DNA of 64,000 nucleotides from the IMG/VR virus record IMGVR_UViG_3300045988_147264, positions 32,001-96,000 of that record; one strand, 5' to 3'. Under the pieces are notes generated by a model. That model was given only the letters and a program-made list of their open reading frames with translations, had not been told where the DNA came from and did not search any database. Positions 44,283-54,502 of the stretch are shown here, in pieces. Numbering within the stretch: position 1 is the first letter of the stretch; the number at the start of each line of letters is the position of its first letter. This DNA comes from a virus. The position numbers and the translations under genes are program-made.

Positions 44283-44826
44283 TGGACATCAGTTCATTCA
44301 ATATTATTCACAAAGAAGGGTATGTTATCCAGATTATGGTTCCGGAACAGATCTTGTTGACAAATTAAATCTATATGATGGTATTCAAAATGTAGAATCA
44401 ATCGCGGATTTCTGCTTTGATGGATGTCCTCCTATCGAGATGCCAATCAAGATAGATGTGATTTGTGACGATGTGTTATATATTGAAAGAAATATTGAAG
44501 ATTGCCCTGAAAATCTGAAACAAAAAATCTTGGATACAATCATGATAGAAGCGGTTAACTTACTTACAATGTATAATGATAGCCTTAGATTCAAGTTGTC
44601 ACGAAAACAAGGTAAGACAAACTTTTATATGCGTGAGGCATCTAAGATCAAAGTTTTCACAGGTAGCGGCTTGTTTTCAATACGAACAAAAAAGCCTATG
44701 GCTATTCGTGCATTCATGAAGACAAAACTGAAATCAATCTTTGATGCCAGAGCTGCCATGTGTTGGGATTCAAGATATCTCGCGAAAACAAACAGATTCT
44801 ATAAAAAAATGATTGAATATGTTTAA
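44209..44826 (+). CDS. hypothetical protein (start uncertain, possibly ATG 44263)
   Basis: 205-aa ORF overlapping the previous gene by 74 nt. An in-frame ATG at 44263 gives a shorter overlap. Confidence 0.45.
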   Translation: MKKIELDPADVALFSATQMNLLLSDGHQFIQYYSQRRVCYPDYGSGTDLVDKLNLYDGIQNVESIADFCFDGCPPIEMPIKIDVICDDVLYIERNIEDCPENLKQKILDTIMIEAVNLLTMYNDSLRFKLSRKQGKTNFYMREASKIKVFTGSGLFSIRTKKPMAIRAFMKTKLKSIFDARAAMCWDSRYLAKTNRFYKKMIEYV

Positions 44827-45487
44827 TTTTGACATAAGGAGGATCCATACCAAATATCGTATCAGTATACCTTCTATTATATATAAATCTGCATCGAATG
44901 GTATGGTCGTGGATCAGCCTCGAAATTTAGGCGCAAAATGTTATTTTAGTATATATATGTTCAAACCGAATCGAAAAGTCCTTGCCTTGGTTCTATCACG
45001 ACCATATCTAAGGGAGATTGTGTTGCTAGCAATCGATTATCTCGAGTCAAAGTTCGGAAAAGACAGGAAGAATCTCTTTAGATTAGCTTATGTTTTATCC
45101 GGAATGTATGGCATTGATTTGATTAATACGATCATAACGCAAGCCATGTCCATCTATTATAGCGTTGGTGATATCTTTGACGAAAAAGCAACTGTTGAAA
45201 AAGCTATTGCCACTATAGATATGGGCAATAAAGTCAAATTTAACCTTAAAAATGGTGTATGTTTGCCATTCGCGTCAAATATTTTTCTAGAACCATGGGT
45301 GAAAGAATATTATTCCAATCTTATACAACAATATGATCAGAATGTATTCTATATCCACTTAATTGATTCAATGGCGTCAATGGAGAAATATAATATTCTT
45401 GACACAACGCTTTCATGGGCGCATTGCAGCGAATCGTCGGATGTATGGATGGATCGTAACCGAAAATTCAATGAGAAATATGACTGA
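44813..45487 (+). CDS. hypothetical protein
   Basis: 224-aa ORF. Confidence 0.5.
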   Translation: MNMFNFDIRRIHTKYRISIPSIIYKSASNGMVVDQPRNLGAKCYFSIYMFKPNRKVLALVLSRPYLREIVLLAIDYLESKFGKDRKNLFRLAYVLSGMYGIDLINTIITQAMSIYYSVGDIFDEKATVEKAIATIDMGNKVKFNLKNGVCLPFASNIFLEPWVKEYYSNLIQQYDQNVFYIHLIDSMASMEKYNILDTTLSWAHCSESSDVWMDRNRKFNEKYD

Positions 45488-45695
45488 GACAACAATGAAT
45501 ATTAATCCCAGAGACAAGTACTTTGGAATTACGCCTTTGACCGGCCACGATGAGGCTATCGGTAAAATCAAGGATAAGATTACATCACAGAAGGACTATA
45601 TCGACCTTCCGTTTCAGACGTCAAGAGAATCTCGCGCAGTCTGTGATGGTCTGTATGAATTCATTATGAACATAACAAGATTCAGCGATGAATGA
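45471..45695 (+). CDS. hypothetical small protein (start chosen at in-frame ATG 45471)
   Basis: The track ORF 45363-45695 is almost entirely inside the upstream gene. MRNMTETTMNIN... from 45471 is more plausible. Confidence 0.35.
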   Translation: MRNMTETTMNINPRDKYFGITPLTGHDEAIGKIKDKITSQKDYIDLPFQTSRESRAVCDGLYEFIMNITRFSDE

Positions 45696-46329
45696 TAATG
45701 AGTTCAGGTTAACAGAACTTTTTGAGTACAGCGCTACCGAGTTATACATGATGAGGAAATGCAGGTCAAACATCGGTTTTATAGCCATAAAATATGATGT
45801 TATGAAGCATCTTAAAAAGCTTCCGGAATTTGATAAGGAAGAGAATGGATATATGAGACCATGGGATCTGCTAAAAGAGTTGAGGCCAAATAGGACGAAA
45901 TATACCGATAACGAACCGTTTTCATTTCATCACGTTGGGCGCGGATCGATTGGCATAAGCACAACTCTTCCAGTATCAGATTACGGAACGTTTATCTTTC
46001 CTTATCCGAAGTGCATCAACGATAAGCAAATGTACTATCGTTATATAGGTAAGACAGGCGCGGCATCTGCCTTGTGGAGATACGGGGCCAATTTTATCAT
46101 GTCAGCCAAGTCTGATACAAAGAGGCATTGTAGCTACGTAGCTGATTTCTATTTCGTCTATGGAAACAAGGTTGTTCTGGTCTCATGTACTAACTATAAT
46201 AAAGTTGTGGACGCGCTGTTTACCAAGGCAAGATCATCTGAAAACCTTGGATTAGCAAAGGCTTACGACAGGGAACATCCAAATATCTATCATGATATTT
46301 ATGGTTGTATTGACATTAAGGTGTTATGA
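45688..46329 (+). CDS. hypothetical protein
   Basis: 213-aa ORF. Confidence 0.5.
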   Translation: MNDNEFRLTELFEYSATELYMMRKCRSNIGFIAIKYDVMKHLKKLPEFDKEENGYMRPWDLLKELRPNRTKYTDNEPFSFHHVGRGSIGISTTLPVSDYGTFIFPYPKCINDKQMYYRYIGKTGAASALWRYGANFIMSAKSDTKRHCSYVADFYFVYGNKVVLVSCTNYNKVVDALFTKARSSENLGLAKAYDREHPNIYHDIYGCIDIKVL

Positions 46330-46628
46330 AAACGTTTAGAGAGATAGCAACAGAACAAATTGACATTTACGAAAAGAAAAACGCCGATTATGGTGATGCC
46401 GCTGAATCGTTATATCGTGAACACGGTATGACGTACTTCATAATAATGCTGAAGCAGAAACTTCTCAGAATTGAGAGTATATGTAAACAGCAGTCTGTTA
46501 ACTTTGAGTCTCTCGAAGACTCTTTCAGAGATATATCGAATTATGCAATTATGGCCGCGATGCGTTGCCCCGACAAGAAAGAACCGGTACAGCAAGCCGC
46601 CACAGTGCATATTCCGAAAAGACGTTAA
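46326..46628 (+). CDS. hypothetical protein, possibly MazG-like nucleotide pyrophosphohydrolase
   Basis: 100 aa, all-helical with acidic motif EQIDIYEKKNADYGDAAESLYRE. Weak, motif-level only. Confidence 0.25.
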   Translation: MKTFREIATEQIDIYEKKNADYGDAAESLYREHGMTYFIIMLKQKLLRIESICKQQSVNFESLEDSFRDISNYAIMAAMRCPDKKEPVQQAATVHIPKRR

Positions 46629-46712
46629 ACATTAAAAAAACAATGATAAACAAATCACCACCAAAACAATCTGTATAAGCAGACTATTGTAATAATAAAA
46701 AAAACAAAACAT

Positions 46713-47315
46713 ATGGATATAAACATAAAGGGTAAGGTCTTAGACAAATGTAAGGTCGATGTACAGACCGCTCTTGCATTGGTGTTGTTGAAAAAGTGCG
46801 GGAATATTCCTCTCCTGTTAAACAATATGTACGAGCGTGGTCTCGTTAATATGGTTGACACGGATTTTGGATATTCCTTAACTAACGAGGGGATAGATGC
46901 CGCTAATTTCATTCTGTGTGAGGGGAAAGTTCAACAATCCTCGCAATCAGAAGAGGCGATTGAAGTGGCATTGGCAATGATGGAAATATATCCAAACGGC
47001 CGAAAAGAAAGTTCCGCGTCGGTACCACAGTCTTGGAGAGGAAATAAATATGACATAACCAACAGGATAATTAAATTCTGGAACGCATATGGTCATCGCT
47101 CCAAAGAAGAGATGGTTGACGCCACAAAGAGATACGTTGATAGTTTTAACGGAGATTACACTTATATGAAGTTATTGAAATACTTCATCTGGAAGTGTGA
47201 TGGCCTTGGTAGTAGTATCGCCAACGGTGACTCCACATCGCTGTTAGCTGATTTTCTTGAAAATAAGTCTTTAGAGCCAGCAACAATAGCCAGTCCTTTC
47301 GCTCATATCAGGTAG
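46713..47315 (+). CDS. hypothetical protein
   Basis: 200-aa ORF. Confidence 0.5.
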   Translation: MDINIKGKVLDKCKVDVQTALALVLLKKCGNIPLLLNNMYERGLVNMVDTDFGYSLTNEGIDAANFILCEGKVQQSSQSEEAIEVALAMMEIYPNGRKESSASVPQSWRGNKYDITNRIIKFWNAYGHRSKEEMVDATKRYVDSFNGDYTYMKLLKYFIWKCDGLGSSIANGDSTSLLADFLENKSLEPATIASPFAHIR

Positions 47316-47318
47316 CGA

Positions 47319-48581
47319 ATGGGAGAGCTTGTACATAGAATCATTGGCAATCTTGAACAAAGACGCCAAAGAGTATTGAACGGAGAGATAAACTGCATAC
47401 CGTCGCCGTTATCTCGATTTCGATGTGATTTTCCCGGTGTGGAACAGGGTAAGTTCTACCTTGTGTCAGGAGGCTCAAAAGCAGCAAAAACACAAATCAC
47501 GTCGTTTCTATTTCTTTTCAATAGTGTATTATATGCTTATCAACATCCAGAAAAAGCAGATTTGACTGTATTCTATTTTCCATTGGAGGAAACGCCGGAA
47601 GCGATAACCCTAAGGTTCATGAGTTTTCTGCTATATATTCTTTCTGGTGGGAAATTAGTTGTATCGTCAACGGATCTCAAGTCAGTGGATGAACGTAATC
47701 CATTGGATGAGTCTATACTAAAGGAACTCAATTCTGAGCGATATCAGCGCATTCTGGACTTCTTTGAGACACATGTACACTTCTATCAAGAAAAGAATCC
47801 TACTGGCATATTCTTGAAGGTTAAATCCTATGCCGAACAACACGGTACGACTCATTATAAAGAGATGAAGTTCAACCGAGATAACGGCAAGGAAGAAACG
47901 GCACAGGTGTTTGATTACTATGTGCCGGATAACCCAAATGAGTATGTTATCATCATCACCGATCACGTGTCGCTCTTATCCACAGAGCGCGGTGGGTCAT
48001 TAAAAGAAGCCATTGATACATACAGTACGTATATGGTGACACTTCGTAACAGGTATAATTATACGCCTATCGCAGTTCAGCAGCAGAACGTTGAGACGAT
48101 TGGTCTTGATGCGTTCAAAGCAAACAAGATTAGACCGACACTTGCCGGTCTTGCTGACTCTAAGAATACCGGCAAGGATTGTACTGTTATGCTGGGAATA
48201 ACCAATCCATTCGCGTTTGAAATACCTACCTGGGATAAGTATGATATCACGAGACTTCGCGACAGCGCGAGATTTCTTGAGATAGTACTCAATCGGGAAG
48301 GTCAGTCAAACTGTAGGATAGGACTGTATTTTAATGGTGCTTCAAATTACTTTGAGGAACTCCCGCCACCCAATGACAAGGAGAGGCTCAACGCTATATA
48401 CAACAGGATAGATGCTCTTGAAAAAGAGAAACTTTCAATTTGTTGTATGAGTTACTGTTCGCCTAATAATAAAGATACGAGAGAGAGAAATGGCAAGCGT
48501 AAGTATAATACTTGGTACTACAGGTACCGGAAAAAGCACAAGCATTCGTGGACTGGATCCCAAAGAAACAGTTATAATTAA
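47319..48581 (+). CDS. RecA-fold helicase-like protein (DnaB-like by position; deviant Walker A)
   Basis: 420 aa. LVSGGSKAAKTQ (GxxxxAKT) and Walker-B-like YVIIITDHVSLL. Upstream of ATPase, SSB-like and primase genes. Confidence 0.4.
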   Translation: MGELVHRIIGNLEQRRQRVLNGEINCIPSPLSRFRCDFPGVEQGKFYLVSGGSKAAKTQITSFLFLFNSVLYAYQHPEKADLTVFYFPLEETPEAITLRFMSFLLYILSGGKLVVSSTDLKSVDERNPLDESILKELNSERYQRILDFFETHVHFYQEKNPTGIFLKVKSYAEQHGTTHYKEMKFNRDNGKEETAQVFDYYVPDNPNEYVIIITDHVSLLSTERGGSLKEAIDTYSTYMVTLRNRYNYTPIAVQQQNVETIGLDAFKANKIRPTLAGLADSKNTGKDCTVMLGITNPFAFEIPTWDKYDITRLRDSARFLEIVLNREGQSNCRIGLYFNGASNYFEELPPPNDKERLNAIYNRIDALEKEKLSICCMSYCSPNNKDTRERNGKRKYNTWYYRYRKKHKHSWTGSQRNSYN

Positions 48582-49170
48582 CGTTCTCGGTAAAAGATTG
48601 CCCTTTAAAGGAAGCAATACTGTTTACAATCGCGAGAAGAAAAACCTTTTCCAAGTAGAGTCTTCGGAGGAGATCGTGCGTTTAATCGAACAGATAGACA
48701 AGAACGCTCCTCACGTAAAGAATGTGATCATAGATGATTGCAGTTATACAATGAGAAAGGAATATTTCAATCGAGCGAAAGAACGCGGTTATGACAGGTT
48801 CGTTGACATTGCGGTCCATACACAACAAATAATTCAGGCATGCGAGAAAGCAAGGGAAGATATTGATGTCTTTCTTATGTATCATAGCGAGGACGTGGTT
48901 GACAACGGCACAATAGTGACGTATAAGATTGCGACCATCGGCAAGATGCTTGATCAAACGTATAATCCTATGGAGGTAGTTCCAGTAGTCCTTTTCGCCA
49001 CAACGAAATTTGATGATAAGGGTATGCCGACATATGGATTTATCACACATCGAATGCAACTTAACGGTGTAGCCATTCCGGCAAAATCGCCGCATGGCAT
49101 GTTCAAGGATGATTTCATTCCTAATGACCTTGGATTGGTCAAGAAAGCTTTTGTTGAATATTATAACTAA
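48490..49170 (+). CDS. P-loop ATPase (Sak4-like / RecA-like recombination ATPase candidate)
   Basis: Classic Walker A ILGTTGTGKSTSI, Walker B VIIDDCSY. 226 aa. Overlaps the 3' end of the helicase-like gene by 92 nt in another frame. Confidence 0.45.
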   Translation: MASVSIILGTTGTGKSTSIRGLDPKETVIINVLGKRLPFKGSNTVYNREKKNLFQVESSEEIVRLIEQIDKNAPHVKNVIIDDCSYTMRKEYFNRAKERGYDRFVDIAVHTQQIIQACEKAREDIDVFLMYHSEDVVDNGTIVTYKIATIGKMLDQTYNPMEVVPVVLFATTKFDDKGMPTYGFITHRMQLNGVAIPAKSPHGMFKDDFIPNDLGLVKKAFVEYYN

Positions 49171-49179
49171 CAGTGACAT

Positions 49180-50130
49180 ATGATAGATAATTTAAATTTT
49201 CTTTTAATGGCATGGGGTGCCAAGGATACATCAGTTCCATCTGTAGAGTTTCCAAAATATGTTGGTATCGCTCCGATCAAGATTCTCGCTGTCAATCCTA
49301 CCGAAAAGGAAAGATGTGCGATTTTTGGTACAGAGCCGACCGGCAAGGAACCTGAGTATGTCACAGAAGTTGACTACAACGGAAAAAAGATTCGCAGAGT
49401 GAGGATTTGTTTTGTGATCAAGACAGTCAAGGAAGTCTGTGGCGTTGATCTCACGACTACAGTGAATTTCTTTGTGTCAAACAAGAAGTTTATGTCAAAA
49501 AACGGTGAGAAACTTATGGTCATGGACAATTATGGACGCGATTGCTGGGTAACAAAGGAGCAGTTTGCAAACAAGACCGTTCCTGAATTCAGAGTTGGCA
49601 GGTTTGGCAAGGATTATCACGCCGCGTTTGAAGGAGAACGTGAGCTCGTTGGATTCATGAGGGCTTATCTCAATGTAGATGATCCGGAGGTTTATGATAA
49701 CAGTACCGGTCTATTTGTTGAAAGAGCAGATCTTACATCTGCCGAAGGAACCCTTGAAAACATCGCCAATTACTTCAATGGTGATTTTTCCGAGTTGAAG
49801 GGACTTCTCACGATCTTTCCTGACAATGCGTTCAAGGCTTTATTCGGCGTCAGACATACTGATGACAATAAAGATTATCAGGATGTGTTCACCAAACTGT
49901 TTGTTAAGAACAATGTAACTCATGCAAGAACAGAAAAGCTCTTCCAGAAGGCGCTTGATGATATGTTAGCATATTCTCCTGGTCACACAGACTATGAGAT
50001 CTGTCCAATCAAGGAAGCTCCGAAACCGCAACCAGCCGACCTTTCGGCTCCAAAGACGACAGCCCAACCAGCCGCTGTGGTAGATGACCTTCCATTCGGT
50101 GATGACAATAACCCGTGGGGTAACCTGTAA
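49180..50130 (+). CDS. putative single-stranded DNA-binding protein (SSB-type acidic C-terminal tip)
   Basis: 316 aa ending ...PAAVVDDLPFGDDNNPWGNL, similar to the DDDIPF tail of SSBs. Between recombination ATPase and primase. Confidence 0.35.
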   Translation: MIDNLNFLLMAWGAKDTSVPSVEFPKYVGIAPIKILAVNPTEKERCAIFGTEPTGKEPEYVTEVDYNGKKIRRVRICFVIKTVKEVCGVDLTTTVNFFVSNKKFMSKNGEKLMVMDNYGRDCWVTKEQFANKTVPEFRVGRFGKDYHAAFEGERELVGFMRAYLNVDDPEVYDNSTGLFVERADLTSAEGTLENIANYFNGDFSELKGLLTIFPDNAFKALFGVRHTDDNKDYQDVFTKLFVKNNVTHARTEKLFQKALDDMLAYSPGHTDYEICPIKEAPKPQPADLSAPKTTAQPAAVVDDLPFGDDNNPWGNL

Positions 50131-51119
50131 TGTTCGCAGGCAAATCCAGTGTATGCTTGGATGATATTCGTGCCAGGGTCTCTGAAGAGGCTCTGGCATT
50201 TTATTATCTTGAGGCGGCTGTTCCTTCGCTTATAAACTCTCCTTTCAGGAGGGATGACAAGCCATCGTTTAGCCTGTATTTCAATAGCGAAGGAAATGTG
50301 CTATACAAGGATTTCGCTACCGATGAAAAAGGAACCATATATCACGCGTTAATGAGACTGTTTAACATGTCTTTCAATGATATGCTTCAGACAGTTTATA
50401 ATGATGTCGTGAATGGTAAAATAAGCTCAAATGGAACACAGTTTGGCGTGAAGAGGAGTTACTCCTCACACGAACGCACAAATGACATCAAGATTGATAT
50501 ATGCATCCGCAAATGGATGCCATGGGATGTCGAATATTGGTCGTCGTTTGGCATAAATACAGACTGGCTCGATTATGCCGATGTGTATCCCATAACACAT
50601 TATTTCCTTACAAAGAACAACAAAACATCTGTAATACGTGCGGAAAAATACGCTTACGCCTATGTTGAGCGTAAAGAAGGCAAAATCACTGTCAAGGTGT
50701 ATCAACCATATTGTCCAATGTATAAGTGGCCGGCGAACAACAATGACGGCACTACGATCGCATTGTGGTCGAAAATACCTCTACATGGAGACGTTGTTTG
50801 CGTGTGTTCTTCAGTAAAGGATGCTTTGTGTTTATGGAGCAATACCGGCGTTCCTGCCGTTGCTTTGCAAGGTGAGGGATATCCAATGTCTAATCATGCT
50901 GTAAACGACCTTAAAAGCCGTTTTAAGCGCGTTTTGATTATGTTGGATAATGATATACCAGGCCTTGAGTATTCAACAAAACTAGCCAGGGCTACGGGTT
51001 TTACTAACGTTATTCTTCCATTCTTCAGTGGTGGAAAGGATATATCAGACTACTATAAAGCTATAAATAACAGACAAAGGTTTATTAAAGATATATTAAA
51101 TGTCATACATGGATTATGA
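50130..51119 (+). CDS. DnaG-type DNA primase (zinc-binding-like N-terminus plus TOPRIM)
   Basis: SPFRRDDKPSFSLYF resembles the primase zinc-ribbon motif CPFHxEKTPSF (Cys/His replaced). TOPRIM-like VLIMLDNDIPG and acidic cluster. Confidence 0.55.
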   Translation: MFAGKSSVCLDDIRARVSEEALAFYYLEAAVPSLINSPFRRDDKPSFSLYFNSEGNVLYKDFATDEKGTIYHALMRLFNMSFNDMLQTVYNDVVNGKISSNGTQFGVKRSYSSHERTNDIKIDICIRKWMPWDVEYWSSFGINTDWLDYADVYPITHYFLTKNNKTSVIRAEKYAYAYVERKEGKITVKVYQPYCPMYKWPANNNDGTTIALWSKIPLHGDVVCVCSSVKDALCLWSNTGVPAVALQGEGYPMSNHAVNDLKSRFKRVLIMLDNDIPGLEYSTKLARATGFTNVILPFFSGGKDISDYYKAINNRQRFIKDILNVIHGL

Positions 51120-51987
51120 TTCGGCTAAACGAATTGCGTGTTATATTGAATGCATAAGCGAATTTGAGGCGTTTGATCGCGATAAAAATATTGTTCTTAA
51201 AAGAGCGGTCAGAGCGTGTTTCTCTTCGTTACGAAAGCGGGAAGATATAACTCGCATAAAGATTTATATGTACGCATATGAGCCGAAACTTTCGATCGAA
51301 GATAATGTTTTCTATTATAATAAACATAAAGGTATAAAGAGATATTATCCAGTTACCGATTTATCAATTACGATGATGAGGAAGATCTTAGATCTTGCAA
51401 AGAGTATTGTTGACTTTAAGTCCTCAATTTCTATTGAGCATATCATCGACGAAAACGGCAACGATAGGTTTCAATATTGCACAGATCTTCTGTTTCCAAG
51501 CGATACAAATACCATTCAAAAACTGTTCGTGTGTACCGTTGTAAGATGGTTCTATGAACAACAGAACCGTTATATCGCATTAAAAGCTTATGAATTGTAT
51601 AACACCGAGAAGTATCATCGCTTTGGTTTTTTCAATTTATACTGTTTCGTAAAGGAACAATGTTACGATAATGTGAATGATTTTGGACACGATCTTCTTG
51701 ATGGTAAAAGTCTTGTTCGTAGAACATTTTTCGTTCCAGAAAAACTCAAATCGTTATACGAAATGAGTTCCTCGTTACGCAATGGTAAAAGTATCACATT
51801 ACTTTGGATGGGGTGTGGCTATTCTGGAATACCAGTAGAAAACACTTCAATGCAAGTTACAGAAATTTACTGCAAAGGCGGTAAACAAGGATTTGATCTT
51901 CAAGAGAGGCTTGAAAGCAATATTGATTTCATTATTTCAAAAATAAAAGGAAATGAGACATTTGACTGTGAGAACGAGGAACAGTAA
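51100..51987 (+). CDS. hypothetical protein
   Basis: 295-aa ORF overlapping primase end (20 nt) and ATP-grasp start (35 nt). Confidence 0.5.
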   Translation: MSYMDYDSAKRIACYIECISEFEAFDRDKNIVLKRAVRACFSSLRKREDITRIKIYMYAYEPKLSIEDNVFYYNKHKGIKRYYPVTDLSITMMRKILDLAKSIVDFKSSISIEHIIDENGNDRFQYCTDLLFPSDTNTIQKLFVCTVVRWFYEQQNRYIALKAYELYNTEKYHRFGFFNLYCFVKEQCYDNVNDFGHDLLDGKSLVRRTFFVPEKLKSLYEMSSSLRNGKSITLLWMGCGYSGIPVENTSMQVTEIYCKGGKQGFDLQERLESNIDFIISKIKGNETFDCENEEQ

Positions 51988-52753
51988 ATGTTATGCGTTG
52001 CGTGACATTGAAGTTCCCCAAAAAACGATCCTCAGGCTTGGTAGCGTCACGCCTACTGCGGAAATAACACGTAAGACTGACATCATTGAGATAAATCCAG
52101 CGGAAGCATGCGCCATATCGTCAGATAAGCGCGCCACAAGAAGGATTCTTCTCGAAGCAGGTGTGTCGATTGCAGACGAATGCGTGATTCCAGAAGATGT
52201 TCGTGACAATCACGACAACATTATTGCCATAATCCTTAAGTATATGCAAGATAATGATTGTAACATCATTGCAAAGCGTTATAATTCCTCAAAAGGGAAG
52301 GGGTTACTGCTGCTGGACAGTCCTGATGCAGTTGAGTCTTTTGTGAATTTCGCTAAAATTGAGAATTGGGTGCTTGAGCGCTATTACACGTATTCCCGTG
52401 AATACCGTATTCATGTAACCAAGGATGGTTGTTTTCTCGCAGATAGAAAGATGCTTATTAACGGAGCCGATGAAAGATGGCATCGTCACGAGACAAATTC
52501 TGTCTGGATTAACGAAAATAACGAATTATTTAACAAACCGATTAACTGGGAAGATATAGTTGCCGATTGTGTAAAGGCAATGCATGCAATCGGTTTGGAT
52601 ATCTGTTGCTTTGATGTCAAGGTGCAGAATGACAAACATGAGAATCCTAAATGGATAATCATGGAGTCAAATAGCGCACCTGGACTCAATGACTCTTCTA
52701 TTGAATTATATAGAGAACAAATTAAAAAAATTATCAATGAAAGAACGGTATAA
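51953..52753 (+). CDS. ATP-grasp family ligase
   Basis: ATP-grasp hallmarks: IIAKRYNSSKGKGLLLL (K/G-rich loop), LERYYTYSREYRIHV, WIIMESNSAPGL (E-x-N-x-x-P-G). Confidence 0.65.
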   Translation: MRHLTVRTRNSKCYALRDIEVPQKTILRLGSVTPTAEITRKTDIIEINPAEACAISSDKRATRRILLEAGVSIADECVIPEDVRDNHDNIIAIILKYMQDNDCNIIAKRYNSSKGKGLLLLDSPDAVESFVNFAKIENWVLERYYTYSREYRIHVTKDGCFLADRKMLINGADERWHRHETNSVWINENNELFNKPINWEDIVADCVKAMHAIGLDICCFDVKVQNDKHENPKWIIMESNSAPGLNDSSIELYREQIKKIINERTV

Positions 52754-53849
52754 CAACCTTCTGAAAATGTATCCACGGCTTAAGCCGCGTATGTTATTTG
52801 GTCAGTCAAGAACAGTTTACAAATCAACTACCATAAGACTTGACGGTGAGGAAAAAGGAGCCATATGTAAAGACTCTAAATTCGGCGAAAAATGTTGTTT
52901 TGGCAACACGACTAAACAAAGATTTATTTCCGCAAAAATCTCTTATGATATCTTCTTTACGGACGATATTAGGTTTGTCGAACGCTTGATGCCAGTAACG
53001 CTGTTCACAAAGGACGAGATTGAATCATTCTTGAATTATCTTAAAAACGTGGTCGATTTTGAGTTTACTGTAGAATATGGCCAAGTAAAGAATTTTGATC
53101 TTTTCAAAAATGATGGTAATTTCGTTCATTATTTAGAAAATAGTTGTAAAGAAACCAAAATAGATTATCGTGAATTAACGGGTTTTCTCCTGCACGTTAC
53201 AATCGATGCCATAAGGCCTATTCATGCGTTCATACTTCAATGGATAAGGCAAATATATGACGGACGAGCTCAATTTTATACCGGCATAGTATATGAACTG
53301 AAGAAACGAACCGAGTTCAAGAATCTGTCTCTGTTTACCATAATGAGTCTTGTATATAGCTCATTACGGTTTAGTGAGGGCTCGACCGACATGTGTGTAT
53401 TTCCTACGGATATGTATGAAGGAAGGTTGTCTTTCCCAAAAATGAAAGACAGGTTCAGCGATATGAATAAAATGTTTAAAAGATTCGTCAATACAAGCAT
53501 TTATTCAAGCAAACGGTACGATCATGAAAAAGAAGTTCCAGCAGATCTCAAAGAGTATACTTATGGAGATTGTCTTGAATTCATAGACATGGTTTGGTGC
53601 AATCTTTGCAGAGACTTGTTCATTGAGAATCTGGAAGTGAAAATCAACGACTCTGATAGAATTTCAGTTTTTGGCGATTATCGTGAAATGAGTGATTTCA
53701 TTAATCGTTATGACGAAATTGTGGAATTGTTCGCCAGAATAGCGTCTTTAATTTTGTCCGGAAAGTGGAAACTTGACAAAGAGAGTCTCGATTGGAGAAT
53801 CGACACAAAGCGAATCATCAATGACACCTATAAATACTTGAGTGAATGA
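52737..53849 (+). CDS. hypothetical protein inside the ligase operon (start chosen at ATG 52737)
   Basis: The track ORF starts at 52689 inside the ATP-grasp gene. ATG 52737 (MKERYNNLLK...) gives a 17-nt overlap. 370 aa, no recognised motif. Confidence 0.45.
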   Translation: MKERYNNLLKMYPRLKPRMLFGQSRTVYKSTTIRLDGEEKGAICKDSKFGEKCCFGNTTKQRFISAKISYDIFFTDDIRFVERLMPVTLFTKDEIESFLNYLKNVVDFEFTVEYGQVKNFDLFKNDGNFVHYLENSCKETKIDYRELTGFLLHVTIDAIRPIHAFILQWIRQIYDGRAQFYTGIVYELKKRTEFKNLSLFTIMSLVYSSLRFSEGSTDMCVFPTDMYEGRLSFPKMKDRFSDMNKMFKRFVNTSIYSSKRYDHEKEVPADLKEYTYGDCLEFIDMVWCNLCRDLFIENLEVKINDSDRISVFGDYREMSDFINRYDEIVELFARIASLILSGKWKLDKESLDWRIDTKRIINDTYKYLSE

Positions 53850-54499
53850 TGAACAAAACAAGAAAAGTATACGTTGTTGGAATGGGCACCGGATATGCTC
53901 ATCCCATAAAGAACAAACAGTTGGTCAATACCATTCAAGAAGCGGACATTGTCCTTTTCACAGGTGGCGCTGACGTAGATCCATCAATCTATGGTAAGAA
54001 AGCCATAGAAGCAACATGGCCCAACCTTCGTAGAGATATCTATGAAAAGGAGTTCTATGAAGCCATGAGGCCAGACCAGTTGGCAATCGGTATTTGTCGC
54101 GGATTGCAGTTATTTTGTGCTCTTAATGGAGGCAATCTTGTGCAGGATACCACAAATCACGCTGGACCAGACCATACAGTGAAGATTCTCGAAACCGGAG
54201 ATACATTCATGGTTTCATCGCTGCATCATCAAATGGTCTATCCTTTCGATATGTCAAATAGAGACTATACCATTCTTGGCATATCAGAACACAACAGAAG
54301 TCTTTATTACGCTGGTGACGGTATTGATCCTGAGGTAATAAAGGACTTTGGTGAACCTGAAATCGTATTGTTTCACAAAGAGGGAAGGCCAGTCAGCTTC
54401 GGCATTCAGGGACATCCGGAAATGATGTCTCCAAACAGTCCTTTTGTGCAGTACGAAAACGAAATGATTGAAAAGTTGTTAAAACAAATCAAAGGCTAA
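53846..54499 (+). CDS. class I glutamine amidotransferase-like protein / peptidase C26-type thiol hydrolase
   Basis: Catalytic Cys in GICRGLQLF, His-Glu in GIQGHPE. 217 aa. ATGA overlap with the upstream gene. Confidence 0.65.
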   Translation: MMNKTRKVYVVGMGTGYAHPIKNKQLVNTIQEADIVLFTGGADVDPSIYGKKAIEATWPNLRRDIYEKEFYEAMRPDQLAIGICRGLQLFCALNGGNLVQDTTNHAGPDHTVKILETGDTFMVSSLHHQMVYPFDMSNRDYTILGISEHNRSLYYAGDGIDPEVIKDFGEPEIVLFHKEGRPVSFGIQGHPEMMSPNSPFVQYENEMIEKLLKQIKG

Positions 54500-54502
54500 C
54501 AA

